From NCBI GenBank assembly GCA_050011875.1, contig JBEKIG010000018.1, positions 1 to 27,396 of the forward strand: DNA of 27,396 nucleotides, given 5' to 3'. Positions within the stretch are counted from its first letter, which is position 1. Each line of letters begins with the position of its first letter. The DNA comes from Nitrososphaeria archaeon. Lineage in GTDB: Archaea; Thermoproteota; Nitrososphaeria; JACIWG01. Under the pieces are notes generated by a model. That model was not told the origin of the DNA and did no database searches. It saw nothing but the letters and a program-made list of their open reading frames with translations. Position numbers and translations under genes: made by a program. Below are positions 9,367 through 18,349 of the stretch, piece by piece.

Positions 9367-9777
9367 TACACTGGAACATTCACATTTAATTGTTACAGAT
9401 TACTTCCTAATGGATTAAAAGCGCCTTCTCAACGCTTTGTTCAAGATAGAAAACGTATTGACAATAAGACTTCCCAGCGAAAAGATACTTGGATGCTTCT
9501 ATGTCACTCTTAGAAATCTTCAAGAAAATAGATGCTGTTCTAGCATTTTCCGTCTTCTACTCCTTAGATGTTGGAGAACTTCCTATTTCGGTCCGCATAG
9601 TAGCATAAGGAATTGAAGAAGAAAGAGATTATTCGATGACAATGTCGATTGACAAAATATTTTACGGGGAATCTCCCTCTGGCGAGCCTGGCCTGTGGTA
9701 TGAACATCATCTCGATAGAAAATGACATACTCCCCACATTAAAATGTGGGGTATCTACGGCATCGCAGAGCATAGGA

Positions 9778-9807
9778 ATACAGAAAGATACGGAAACATA
9801 CGGAAGG
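9778..9807. repeat. Three 10-bp direct repeats upstream of the 9846 gene
   Basis: ATACAGAAAG ATACGGAAAC ATACGGAAGG. Confidence 0.55.
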
Positions 9808-9845
9808 TACATATATTAGAAGGTTCATAATAATAGTGTGATTGT

Positions 9846-10076
9846 ATGGAGAAAAAAAGCATAATTTTGCCAGATTGGAGGCGAAGACTTTTGGAACAAC
9901 ATCTACTTACGGCACTCATAGCACTTGAGTTAGTCCTGAGTGTGGTATTCCTTTTAGTTTCATATCTTACAGGAAACATATACTTTAAGGGAGTCGGAAT
10001 TGGATTAATAATCGCTTGGGTAACAAGTGCAATAGCCTATTTATTCAAAAGGAAAATGGATGAGAAAAAGGGATAA
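9846..10076 (+). CDS. Small two-TM membrane protein
   Basis: 76 aa, two hydrophobic helices, basic tail. Confidence 0.65.
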   Translation: MEKKSIILPDWRRRLLEQHLLTALIALELVLSVVFLLVSYLTGNIYFKGVGIGLIIAWVTSAIAYLFKRKMDEKKG

Positions 10077-10077
10077 G

Positions 10078-10209
10078 ATGGCAGACATACCATTCATAGC
10101 GACATTGTTGGAAGAAGGAAGGATAACCATACCAAGAGCAGTAGTGAAAGCAAAGAAAGGAAAGAAGGGAAAGACATACCACTTCGTAATAAAAGAGGAG
10201 GTTAAATGA
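10078..10209 (+). CDS. Small AbrB/MazE/SpoVT-like DNA-binding protein (43 aa, not in the ORF track)
   Basis: MADIPFIATLLEEGRITIPRAVVKAKKGKKGKTYHFVIKEEVK; GRITIP motif; ATGA overlap with tnpA; GAGGAGG RBS-like sequence before tnpA. Confidence 0.7.
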   Translation: MADIPFIATLLEEGRITIPRAVVKAKKGKKGKTYHFVIKEEVK

Positions 10210-10400
10210 AGAATGAATACTCGCACTTCAAACCACCGCAAGACTTAGGAAAGAAGTTAGACACAATGCGGTCAGGAAGTCATACGAAATACAATAACAA
10301 TTATCACGTTGTATGGATTCCAAAGTATCGCAGAGCAGTATTGGGAAACCCAAAGATAAAGGAAATTCTGAAAGAAGCCACTCTACTTGTAGGGTGGTAG
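10206..10400 (+). pseudogene. tnpA: IS200/IS605 Y1 transposase TnpA, N-terminal fragment
   Basis: SHTKYNNNYHVVWIPKYRRAVL; ends before the HUH motif and catalytic Tyr. Confidence 0.85.
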
Positions 10401-10405
10401 TTCAC
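10375..10405 (+). mobile_element. IS200/IS605 right-end hairpin
   Basis: AAGCCACTCTACTTGTAGGGTGGTAGTTCAC; stem-loop followed by TAGTTCAC, fused to truncated tnpA. Confidence 0.75.
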
Positions 10406-10598
10406 GAAGTCTGCCACTTCTTACAAGGGATTGGTCCAATATTGGATCGACCTGACTCAAAGAGGCTTTTCATGATCTTAGGAAGTTGTTTTATATATTC
10501 CTCCCACATCCTATCTACTGTAGCCTCATATTTCAGTTGATCAAACCTCCACGAAACCGAAGGAAGTTACGGCGTGACCTGTGGCATAGTGACCCGAT

Positions 10599-11351
10599 TC
10601 ATTTCCACTTGGTGAGTATCTCTTCCCTCTTGAAAGTGGCTGTGCTTAGGTAGAAGAGAAACAAGTCGGCCACCAGAAAAATGCCAGACATGATGAGCAA
10701 GTTGATCGTGTTCAATGGAATCACGTTGATTTCGGTCATCACGTAGATGATGATGAAGGGAAAAAACATCACTCCGGTGAATTGTTGCACAGCCCGGATG
10801 TCATTTGCATGTGATGATAAGATAACGGTCAATTCGATTGAGAGTATGCTGGCGAGTGGTGCAAGTACGAGAAGGATCACTCCAAAGCTCCAATTGGGAT
10901 AGTAAAGATACCCTAGCACGGAACGAGTTAAGGCGTCCATCAGTATCATGTAGATTACGGAGCCTGCATAGATGGAGGCCATTGGAGGTACGAAAGAAGC
11001 GACGCATTTTCCCAGCAGGATGTCACTATCTGCCATGGGCGTTGCAAGTAGCGGTTCGAGGCTCTTCTGGATCTTCTCTCCAACTATGCTGTACGAAGCG
11101 ATCCCACTTGGAAGACTCGCTGCTCCAATTACAAACCAAAAGGAAAACGCGTCCAGAAACGGGGTGAAGGAGCCGCCAGCGCTGGCGGAACTCGGGTAGA
11201 TGTGCCAGATTGCAGCAACAATTCCAGGAAACCCGAGGGCGATTCCAAGTGGGAATAATATCGTGGCATAGATGACTCCCTTCCTACTCTTGAAAGTCTC
11301 GAAGTCCTTTGACGCGACCGACCATGCGTTCTGCAAGTCCAATTCTATCAC
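10599..11351 (-). CDS. ABC-2 type transporter permease
   Basis: SIVGEKIQKSLEPLLATP..ILLGK motif; 6 TM; overlaps the ATPase stop codon. Confidence 0.93.
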   Translation of the reverse strand: MIELDLQNAWSVASKDFETFKSRKGVIYATILFPLGIALGFPGIVAAIWHIYPSSASAGGSFTPFLDAFSFWFVIGAASLPSGIASYSIVGEKIQKSLEPLLATPMADSDILLGKCVASFVPPMASIYAGSVIYMILMDALTRSVLGYLYYPNWSFGVILLVLAPLASILSIELTVILSSHANDIRAVQQFTGVMFFPFIIIYVMTEINVIPLNTINLLIMSGIFLVADLFLFYLSTATFKREEILTKWK

Positions 11352-12265
11352 TGGCTCCTGACCAACTTCAAGTACACATCCTCTAGAGTCGAGCTTGCCT
11401 CTGTAACGAACTGGATGCGACCCCCGGCAGCACCGATTGCACTCACAACGTCAGGATTCTCCTTTTCAGGATTACCCACTCCGATGATGAGTTTGTTGTC
11501 CTCAACTACGACATCACTCGTTCCGACTTTCTTCACTGCAGATATGATAGCCTCACTGACACTCTCGAGCTGGACCACGATCTTCCTTCCTCTTGCCGAC
11601 CGCTCAAGCTCGGCAGGAGTGCCCATCGCCATCAGCTTGGTGTTCAGGATGCCAATCCTGTCGCAGATCCTCTGAGCTTCGTCAAGGTTGTGCGTGTTCA
11701 GGAAGACAGTCTTCTTCTCCTTCTTCAGCTCGAGTATGAAGTCCCTGACCGTCTTCGATGCTTCGGGGTCGAGATTGACCGTCGGCTCATCCAAGAAAAG
11801 AACTTGAGGGTCGTGAATCAATGCGCGAGCTATAGCAAGCTTTTGCTTCATACCCTTAGAGAACGTTCCTGCTGCTAAATCCCTCATGTCCCATAATCCC
11901 AACATCTTGAGAAAATATTCTATCCTTTCTTTTCTCTTTGACTCATCGACCTTATAGTATCTGCCGTAAAAGTCCAGGTTCTTGTACGCACTTAGTTCCT
12001 CGTAGAGCCCAACATTATCTGGAACCAGCCCAATGATTCCCCTGATCTTTTGCTGATCTGCACTGTTTCCAATTTCATAATCGCCTATTTTAGCGGCACC
12101 ACTCGTCTTCGATATCAGACATGCCAGCATTCGTATAGTGGTGGTTTTCCCGGCGCCATTAGGACCGAGAAACCCAAAAACTTCGCCTTCATCCACATGG
12201 AGTGTGAGGCTGTCAACCGCGGTCAGGTCGCCGAACTTCTTAGTGAGGCTCTCCGTCTCAATCAA
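11348..12265 (-). CDS. ABC transporter ATP-binding protein (CcmA/multidrug type)
   Basis: Walker A GPNGAGKTT, signature FSKGMKQK, Walker B LFLDEPT, H-loop. Confidence 0.96.
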   Translation of the reverse strand: MIETESLTKKFGDLTAVDSLTLHVDEGEVFGFLGPNGAGKTTTIRMLACLISKTSGAAKIGDYEIGNSADQQKIRGIIGLVPDNVGLYEELSAYKNLDFYGRYYKVDESKRKERIEYFLKMLGLWDMRDLAAGTFSKGMKQKLAIARALIHDPQVLFLDEPTVNLDPEASKTVRDFILELKKEKKTVFLNTHNLDEAQRICDRIGILNTKLMAMGTPAELERSARGRKIVVQLESVSEAIISAVKKVGTSDVVVEDNKLIIGVGNPEKENPDVVSAIGAAGGRIQFVTEASSTLEDVYLKLVRSQ

Positions 12266-12440
12266 ACTACGTCAGTGCTAATAAATAAGGTTCACCATTT
12301 AAATATTATACAAAGTCAAAAATCATTTCCCCAGATAAGGGACTTAAACCCTTTTAGGTATAGGTTCCAAAGATAACAATACTTTCCGATTCTTGACGGT
12401 CGTTAAACACATTAAGGATCGATATACAGAGAAATACGTA

Positions 12441-12959
12441 ATGAACACAAGCACCGTCATAGTTTTCATTATGGCGTTTGTGGTATTAATTGCCATTGGG
12501 TATTTTTATACAGCTCATTTTCGGCTGGAGGTGTGATGTCTTTCTTCTTAACAGCTTTCCCAAAAGTATATGGTTCATGGTTAGCTATCATACTTGGGTC
12601 TCTCTTTGCTGTTTTTCTTGCTTTTTATCATCTTCAAACGCGATAGAAGAACCGCACAGAAGTTCAATCAATTAGTGTCTACAGAATGGCCGGACTTTCT
12701 GAGAACGCATTTGGAGCCGAAGGCTAGGGAAGTGGAACTCAAAGTTAAATCCAACGTTCTGAGCTTTCTTCAAGGTACATGGCCTACAGAATGTGAACGG
12801 TGTGGAATGAAAGGTTCGCTAACCCTTCCAACTGAAGGGGTAGAATATCTACTAAGGAACGGCTCCATAAGAACAAACTGCCCTAATCCTCAATGTCCTC
12901 ATCAAACTACTTTGAAACTAATAGATCTAATAAAATTGAAACTTTCTCCTAGTTATTGA
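12441..12959 (+). pseudogene. Frameshifted membrane-anchored paralog of the 6828-7739 zinc domain
   Basis: EWPDFLRTHLEPKAREVE...CERC...CPNPQC aligns with EWPNWFRTHVEPKSRELE...CNKC...CSNPNC; hydrophobic segments in other frames from ATG 12441 and ATG 12536. Confidence 0.75.
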
Positions 12960-13122
12960 TTAACATAATATCTGCTACCGCTCCTTTTTTTAAAATCTAG
13001 ATGACTATTACTGCGCGGTACTATTAATTTTTTAGCGATCCCTGTTATTAAGAATCGTAGAAACCCAATTAAAGAAAATATTAAAATATATAAAAATAAA
13101 ATAAATTTGGGTTCTGTCAAGT

Positions 13123-13446
13123 CTACGTTTGGCATGATGGGCTGTAAAAAATCGTTTGGTGGGTTCTAATGCGTCTCCTGTGCATCACCGCAAAGTGAGA
13201 TAAAACTTCTACAATGATAAGCGAAAGTGCAAGCCAGAACACCAAATCAAGAGCAAAGTTTACCCCCAACACAGGGGATCCCGACCCCGTCGCGTTGATG
13301 CGCCAAAAGAACGGGAAACCCCAAGCGATTGTTCCAGCAGAGTTGTATGGATTATTAACTTCAACAAGGCTTGAAATGTAGAACAGCAGAAATCCAAGGG
13401 CGACTCCAGCGGCTATCGGGAACAGTTTCCTCAGCATCTTGGGCAT
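13123..13446 (-). CDS. Small membrane protein
   Basis: Two TM segments flanking a WGFPFFW loop. Confidence 0.65.
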   Translation of the reverse strand: MPKMLRKLFPIAAGVALGFLLFYISSLVEVNNPYNSAGTIAWGFPFFWRINATGSGSPVLGVNFALDLVFWLALSLIIVEVLSHFAVMHRRRIRTHQTIFYSPSCQT

Positions 13447-13588
13447 GGCCTTTATTGGAAGGCATTCTTATTTAAACTTCAGTCCGAATGATTCGAAGAC
13501 TTCAAAGAAGGCTTTTACAAATATATAAAATGAAAAAATTAATATTTTCTGAATTCTAAATTTGCTATGTTTTATAGGTGATGGAAAA

Positions 13589-13670
13589 ATGGTTGGAGAA
13601 GTCAAAATTGAGGATGGAAATCTTGTCTTTGAATTGCATGTAATCGATGAAATATTGAGCATAAATTCCC
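13589..13670 (+). pseudogene. Possible N-terminal remnant of a small hypothetical gene
   Basis: AGGTGA RBS-like motif, then MVGEVKIEDGNLVFELHVIDEILSI, after which the sequence loses protein-like character. Confidence 0.3.
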
Positions 13671-13777
13671 CAGAACATACCCCTTTTGAGAAGCTTTGTA
13701 GATGGTTTCGTGTTGGAAAAGGAACTGATAGACGAGCTCCGATGCCTCAAATCTTTTTAAAATTTACTTCAAAACTA

Positions 13778-15130
13778 TTATTTATCTATTTCGACAAATG
13801 TCTTGATTGATGTGACAAGGCTTTCTACACTTTGAAATGTTGGAATACCGTTGCTGTTTAGAATTCTACTTTTCTTCCTTGTATATTCTCCTCCAGCCCC
13901 AAATATCAAAACAGGTTTCTTAGGCTTGTTAGACACCAGTTTTTCAACGAACTCGTCATCTAAAGGCGTATCCTGGAAAACAACAAAAAGAGCAATTATA
14001 TCCACTTCAGCTGCTTCATCGCAGACCTTAATAGCTGCCATAAAATCGTCTGAAGTTGCACTGCCAGTTAGATCAATTGGATTATTAATATTTACATATC
14101 CTGGTAGACTTTTTGATAGTTTTTCATTTGTCGAAGCGTTAAAATTTGCCATTTTTATTCCGTTATCCTGCATGAGATCCGCTGCAATAACGCATGGACC
14201 TGCACCGTTAGTTATCATAACAACGCGGTCACCTTGACTTTTTGATAGCAGGGCTACAGTTTTCGTAACATCAAAAAGTTGTTGAAATGTTTCTACAGGT
14301 ATCGCACCGACACCTTCCATGAGACTTCTTGCCAAAAGATAATTTGATGCTAGCCTACCTGTGTGTGAATGTGCTACAGCAGCACCACTTTGTGTCCTGC
14401 TTGCTAGATAAACAATAATAGGTTTCTTACTATTTTTTATTGAATCGATAAGCTTTCTACCGTTTGTAAAGCTTTCGATATATAAGGCAATCACTTTTGT
14501 TTTATCGTCATCATTTAGATATTGTATAAGTTCCGCCTCATCCACATCAGCTCTATTGCCTAAGCTTACGACCTTACAGACTCCTATGCCTTCATCGGAC
14601 GCCCAGTCGAGAAAACTAATAGCAAATGTTCCACTTTGTGAAATAAAAGAAATTGAGCCTTCATGCGGTCTGGGTAACCTCTCAGCTGACTGAAAAAAAC
14701 TATCCACCTTAGAATACCCATCATAAACACCAACACAATTAGGTCCTATTATCCTAATATGATTATTTCGAGCTATCCTGACAACATCTTCTTCTAACAG
14801 TATGCCATTTTTAGAAGACTCTCTGAAACCTCCTGAAATTATAATAGCAGCCCTAATCCCTTTTTGGCCAATCTCCCTAAAGATCCTTACAGAATCCTTA
14901 GCCTGTAAAGCATATATTACTAAATCGATATCGCCTTGGACATCTAGTATGCTTGAATACGTTTCTACCCCTAATATTTCTTGTGCATTTGGATTGATAG
15001 GATAGAGTTTGCCTCTGAAACCGCCTTTAAGGAGACTTTTAAAACATTCATGACCAATCTTACCTGGATTAGAGGAAGCTCCTATTACAGCTATGGATTC
15101 GGGGTTAAATATTTTAAAAATCCCACTCAA
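13778..15130 (-). CDS. acdA: Acetate/acyl-CoA ligase (ADP-forming) alpha subunit
   Basis: FNPESIAVIGAS, IIGPNCVG, ISQSG, SLGNRADV, phospho-His SHTG, NNPIDLTG; TTG start. Confidence 0.92.
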   Translation of the reverse strand: MSGIFKIFNPESIAVIGASSNPGKIGHECFKSLLKGGFRGKLYPINPNAQEILGVETYSSILDVQGDIDLVIYALQAKDSVRIFREIGQKGIRAAIIISGGFRESSKNGILLEEDVVRIARNNHIRIIGPNCVGVYDGYSKVDSFFQSAERLPRPHEGSISFISQSGTFAISFLDWASDEGIGVCKVVSLGNRADVDEAELIQYLNDDDKTKVIALYIESFTNGRKLIDSIKNSKKPIIVYLASRTQSGAAVAHSHTGRLASNYLLARSLMEGVGAIPVETFQQLFDVTKTVALLSKSQGDRVVMITNGAGPCVIAADLMQDNGIKMANFNASTNEKLSKSLPGYVNINNPIDLTGSATSDDFMAAIKVCDEAAEVDIIALFVVFQDTPLDDEFVEKLVSNKPKKPVLIFGAGGEYTRKKSRILNSNGIPTFQSVESLVTSIKTFVEIDK

Positions 15131-15394
15131 ATTCCGTTCTCCTGTAACTGTAGCTTTATTTTATATTTTTAACCATTTCCAATTTTTAAATATTTTATCA
15201 ATATGTCATGGAAACTACACCCGAGCTACAACAAGAGAAAATTTGTGTATCTGGTGTCATACCACAGAGGAGAGTATGTCAGACTCCTTTTCTGTTTCTA
15301 AGGATTTCTTATAGTAGAAAGAGACAAGAACGGAACGTTTATAGGACATTTATGAGATATGTAAAAGACGATAAGAGATGGGTGACAAAGGAAA

Positions 15395-16984
15395 ATGAAA
15401 ATACGTACCAAGCAACTAATTGCTGTTCTAATACTTGCCGGAATGCTACTGACTGCACTGACGAACGTGAGAATGCCTCTAGCAAATGCAGCTTCTCAAA
15501 CAAGCATAAACACCGCAATCCAAAAAGGGCTTGTATACTTAAACAGCACACAGGCTTCAGATGGATCCTGGTCATCCGGCGGCTACCCAGTAGCCTGCAC
15601 AGCCATGGCAGTTCTAGCCTTCGAAAACAAGGGTCACTACGGCTGGAACGCGACGGATCCCTACAATAACACAGTCCAAAAAGGGTTAAACTGGCTCTTT
15701 GCACACGGATCAAACCAAACGCTAACCAATAAAACAGCGGGTAACCCAGACGTCAGCGGAACCGGTATCGGAGTATACTGGCCATCAGACGGTGAACCAA
15801 TATACGAGACTCCGATGGTGCTCATGGCTATAGTGGGTTCTAACGCGCCGACAAACGTAACTAGCGGCGCGACAGCGGCAACGTTGGGCGTCCGCACGTA
15901 CCACGCCATCGTGCAAGACATAGTCGATTACTTGGCATGGGCCCAAAATGACGTAGGACAGCCAGGCAGAGGCGGATGGAGATACACGGCCGAATACGGC
16001 ACCTCTGACAATTCAGTGTCCCAATGGGCTGTTGTGGGCTTAATGGCGGCTGCACTATGGGGAATAAAGCCACCAGCGTTCGTCAAGAGCGAACTGAACT
16101 ACTGGATTAAAGCTGATCAGGATCTGACCGGAAACAGTACCTCAAACAGCCAATACGGTTCATTCGGTTACACCGGTGCTGACTCCATTCTCGGAGGTAT
16201 CGTTGAAACAGCAGCAGGAATCGCGGAATTAACCTACGTCGGCGCACCCTCCAACAACGCTAGCATAATAGCAGCTGAGGGTTACATAAACACCATGTGG
16301 ACTACCAACAATGGTGGCTGGCAGGATAACCTGGGCGAACTGTACTGCATGTACGGCGTCATGAAAGCAATGAGGGAGGCGAATCCGCCGATACAGTACA
16401 TCAGATACTACAACGATACTCCAGGGGTTGAATGGTACAACGGAACGGGCGAATACGCAGACGCGCTCGTCACTAACCAAAGCTCCACAGGAAGCTGGAC
16501 TAACTGGGTATCATGGTATGAAGATTTGCCTACCGACTTGAGCACCGCCTTTGGCGTGCTCATCCTCGAGTTTATCCCGGTCTCGATCAGCTACTCGCTT
16601 ACAGTGACAGTATTAGACGCAACCACCAGCAAGCCAATTGCGGGTGCAGCCGTTACAGCTGTTGGTCCAGGAAGCTACTCGGGCACGACTGGAAAAAGTG
16701 GACAAGTAGTGTTCAGCAGTGTTTATGCGGGCACTTACCTAGTTAACGCCAGCGCTTCAGGATATTCACTATCCGGAACCACAGTTTCAGTGACCAGCAA
16801 CACAGCCGTAACCATAAAGCTATCGCCAACCGCGCTCGCTGTTGGTGGAACGGTTGAGCCTGTCAACACGCTAGAGGTCTTGCTCGCAGGCATTCAAGTC
16901 GTATTCTCAGAATACTGGGTAGCATTCTTAGTAGTTACTGCATTCTTAGCAGCTCTCATAATCTTCAAGAAACGACGCGAGTAG
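15395..16984 (+). CDS. Secreted prenyltransferase/squalene-oxidase-repeat (alpha/alpha toroid) protein with carboxypeptidase-regulatory-like domain and C-terminal anchor
   Basis: Signal peptide; QW-like repeats QASDGSW, GGWRY, GSFGY and QSSTGSW; LTVTVLDATTSKPIAGAAV...GTYLVNASASGY; AVGG..PVN plus TM plus KKRRE. Confidence 0.85.
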   Translation: MKIRTKQLIAVLILAGMLLTALTNVRMPLANAASQTSINTAIQKGLVYLNSTQASDGSWSSGGYPVACTAMAVLAFENKGHYGWNATDPYNNTVQKGLNWLFAHGSNQTLTNKTAGNPDVSGTGIGVYWPSDGEPIYETPMVLMAIVGSNAPTNVTSGATAATLGVRTYHAIVQDIVDYLAWAQNDVGQPGRGGWRYTAEYGTSDNSVSQWAVVGLMAAALWGIKPPAFVKSELNYWIKADQDLTGNSTSNSQYGSFGYTGADSILGGIVETAAGIAELTYVGAPSNNASIIAAEGYINTMWTTNNGGWQDNLGELYCMYGVMKAMREANPPIQYIRYYNDTPGVEWYNGTGEYADALVTNQSSTGSWTNWVSWYEDLPTDLSTAFGVLILEFIPVSISYSLTVTVLDATTSKPIAGAAVTAVGPGSYSGTTGKSGQVVFSSVYAGTYLVNASASGYSLSGTTVSVTSNTAVTIKLSPTALAVGGTVEPVNTLEVLLAGIQVVFSEYWVAFLVVTAFLAALIIFKKRRE

Positions 16985-16985
16985 C

Positions 16986-17002
16986 CTCCTTCTTCTTTTT
17001 TT
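16986..17002 (+). terminator. Archaeal oligo-T terminator candidate
   Basis: Pyrimidine run CCTCCTTCTTC followed by an oligo-T tract immediately after the stop codon. Confidence 0.55.
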
Positions 17003-17162
17003 AGGAACTGAGAATAAAAAGAGTGTACGCTTTGATGGCTAGGACATGCGATTGTCCTCGCACAACCTTGAACTCGAGCTCAAATTGGAAAACAGGCTTC
17101 CCACTAGGTTTAGTCGCCTTTTTTCGCGCTCGCGGTTTGTCACGTTTTCCATTCTTGTTCAT
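17001..17162 (-). CDS. Possible small basic protein (53 aa)
   Basis: MNKNGKRDKPRARKKATKPSGKPVFQFELEFKVVRG...; no homology recognised. Confidence 0.25.
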   Translation of the reverse strand: MNKNGKRDKPRARKKATKPSGKPVFQFELEFKVVRGQSHVLAIKAYTLFILSS

Positions 17163-17225
17163 CGGCTAAATAGGAAATTGGGGCCGAGAAGTCGGGGCAT
17201 GGATTAATAAGTAAGCGATAGATGT

Positions 17226-17350
17226 TTCCTATCCACATGAAGCAATTCCTAAAGGTTTCCTGTACACACCCCTATTTACCCTCTTTTCCCAGCTAAATTC
17301 CTGAACATTCCTATTTTCCTAAATTCCCTATTTAGGAGTCCTGATAACCT
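17226..17350. repeat. Degenerate array of (TT)CCT boxes with roughly 10-bp phasing
   Basis: TTCCT at 17226, 17246, 17257, 17298, 17308 and 17316, with CCCT/TTCCC/GTCCT variants between and after. Confidence 0.45.
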
Positions 17351-17706
17351 GTTCTATAGAATAGTCCTTTAGTTTAAGGCTGCTCTGATCTGATTTCTTA
17401 TTATTATGACGACATCTTTTTAACGGGCATGATACCCTCTGCCTTTGGAAATCTATGAAGGGCAGGGATTTTATCTTCATAAAATTCTTTCCAGGAAGGG
17501 TTTAGACCTACCGTGATAACTTTAATTTTTGATTTATCATACCTCTCTTTATCTCCAAAGAACAGGATGGGAACGCAAGGCTTTATTATAAAATCTTAGT
17601 CAGACTTTGCTAGAAATTCATTTTAATTAGAAATTAAAAATATACATCATTTACTTTATATAAGCTTTAAAAATAAGGTTCATTAACAATTTGAGGTGTC
17701 CTAACG

Positions 17707-18155
17707 ATGAGGTTATTTGCTGGAACTTCGCAACAATTTCTGCAAGATACGATTCAAAACCAAATCGCTGAGAAATTAAAACTTGCCTTCTTTAATTACT
17801 TTAGATATTGTCCTTCCCCAGGCGAAATAAATTCATGGAGAAATTCATTGAGGGCAGTCTCACTGGTTTTCCAAGATGCCAGTCTTACTGATCAAGGAAT
17901 TATTCTAGAATACCAACTACCGCTGACCTCAAAAAGGTTAGATTGTTTGATTTGTGGAAGAGATGTAATAACCAAAGATAATGCAGTCATAATCGAACTA
18001 AAACAGTGGGATAAATGCGAGGATGCGTCTGGGGAGAATGAGGTAATAACATGGGTAGGGGGTGCAAAAAGGGAAACTTGCATCCTTCAGTTCAAGTCGG
18101 GCGATATAAGATGTATTTAGAAGATACGCATACAGCCTTTTATGCAGATGGAAAT
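17707..18155 (+). pseudogene. DUF2075 (Schlafen group 3-like nuclease-helicase) N-terminal fragment, frameshifted and truncated
   Basis: EINSWRNSL, ILEYQLPLTSKRLD, IIELKQW, then in another frame LHPSVQVGRYKMYL; no P-loop domain follows. Confidence 0.8.
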
Positions 18156-18158
18156 CCG

Positions 18159-18349
18159 CCTTCGCCTTTATCACCCCTATTTTTTGATGGACGTAAAATA
18201 AATAAAAAAGCAAGAGGCAAAGGTAAATTTGCCAAAGCATATTACTGGTTCAGAAACGATAGTTAGGTGTCGTATGCCTTTATAGCACGGGCATCGCCAC
18301 GCTCTGGTGGCAACGCATTCCGCTTGGCATACAACTTGGGTACCTAACT
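18159..18349. other. Structured non-coding element with two imperfect inverted repeats
   Basis: CCTTCGCCTTT...AGAGGCAAAGG (18159-18223); AGTTAGGT-GTCGTATGCC...GGCATACAAC-ttgggt-ACCTAACT (18261-18349) with inner TCGCCAC/GTGGCAA stem. Confidence 0.5.

Noticed and set aside
15208-15669. Overlapping and antisense ORFs in the track (for example 15208-15669, 4197-4577, 5167-5658, 7184-7630, 8921-9379, 25267-25680)
   Set aside because: Shadow frames of well-supported genes, with no motifs.
17697-17704. Partial third copy of the 48-bp repeat (GTGTCCTAA)
   Set aside because: Only 9 bp, overlapping a GAGGTG RBS; compatible with chance.
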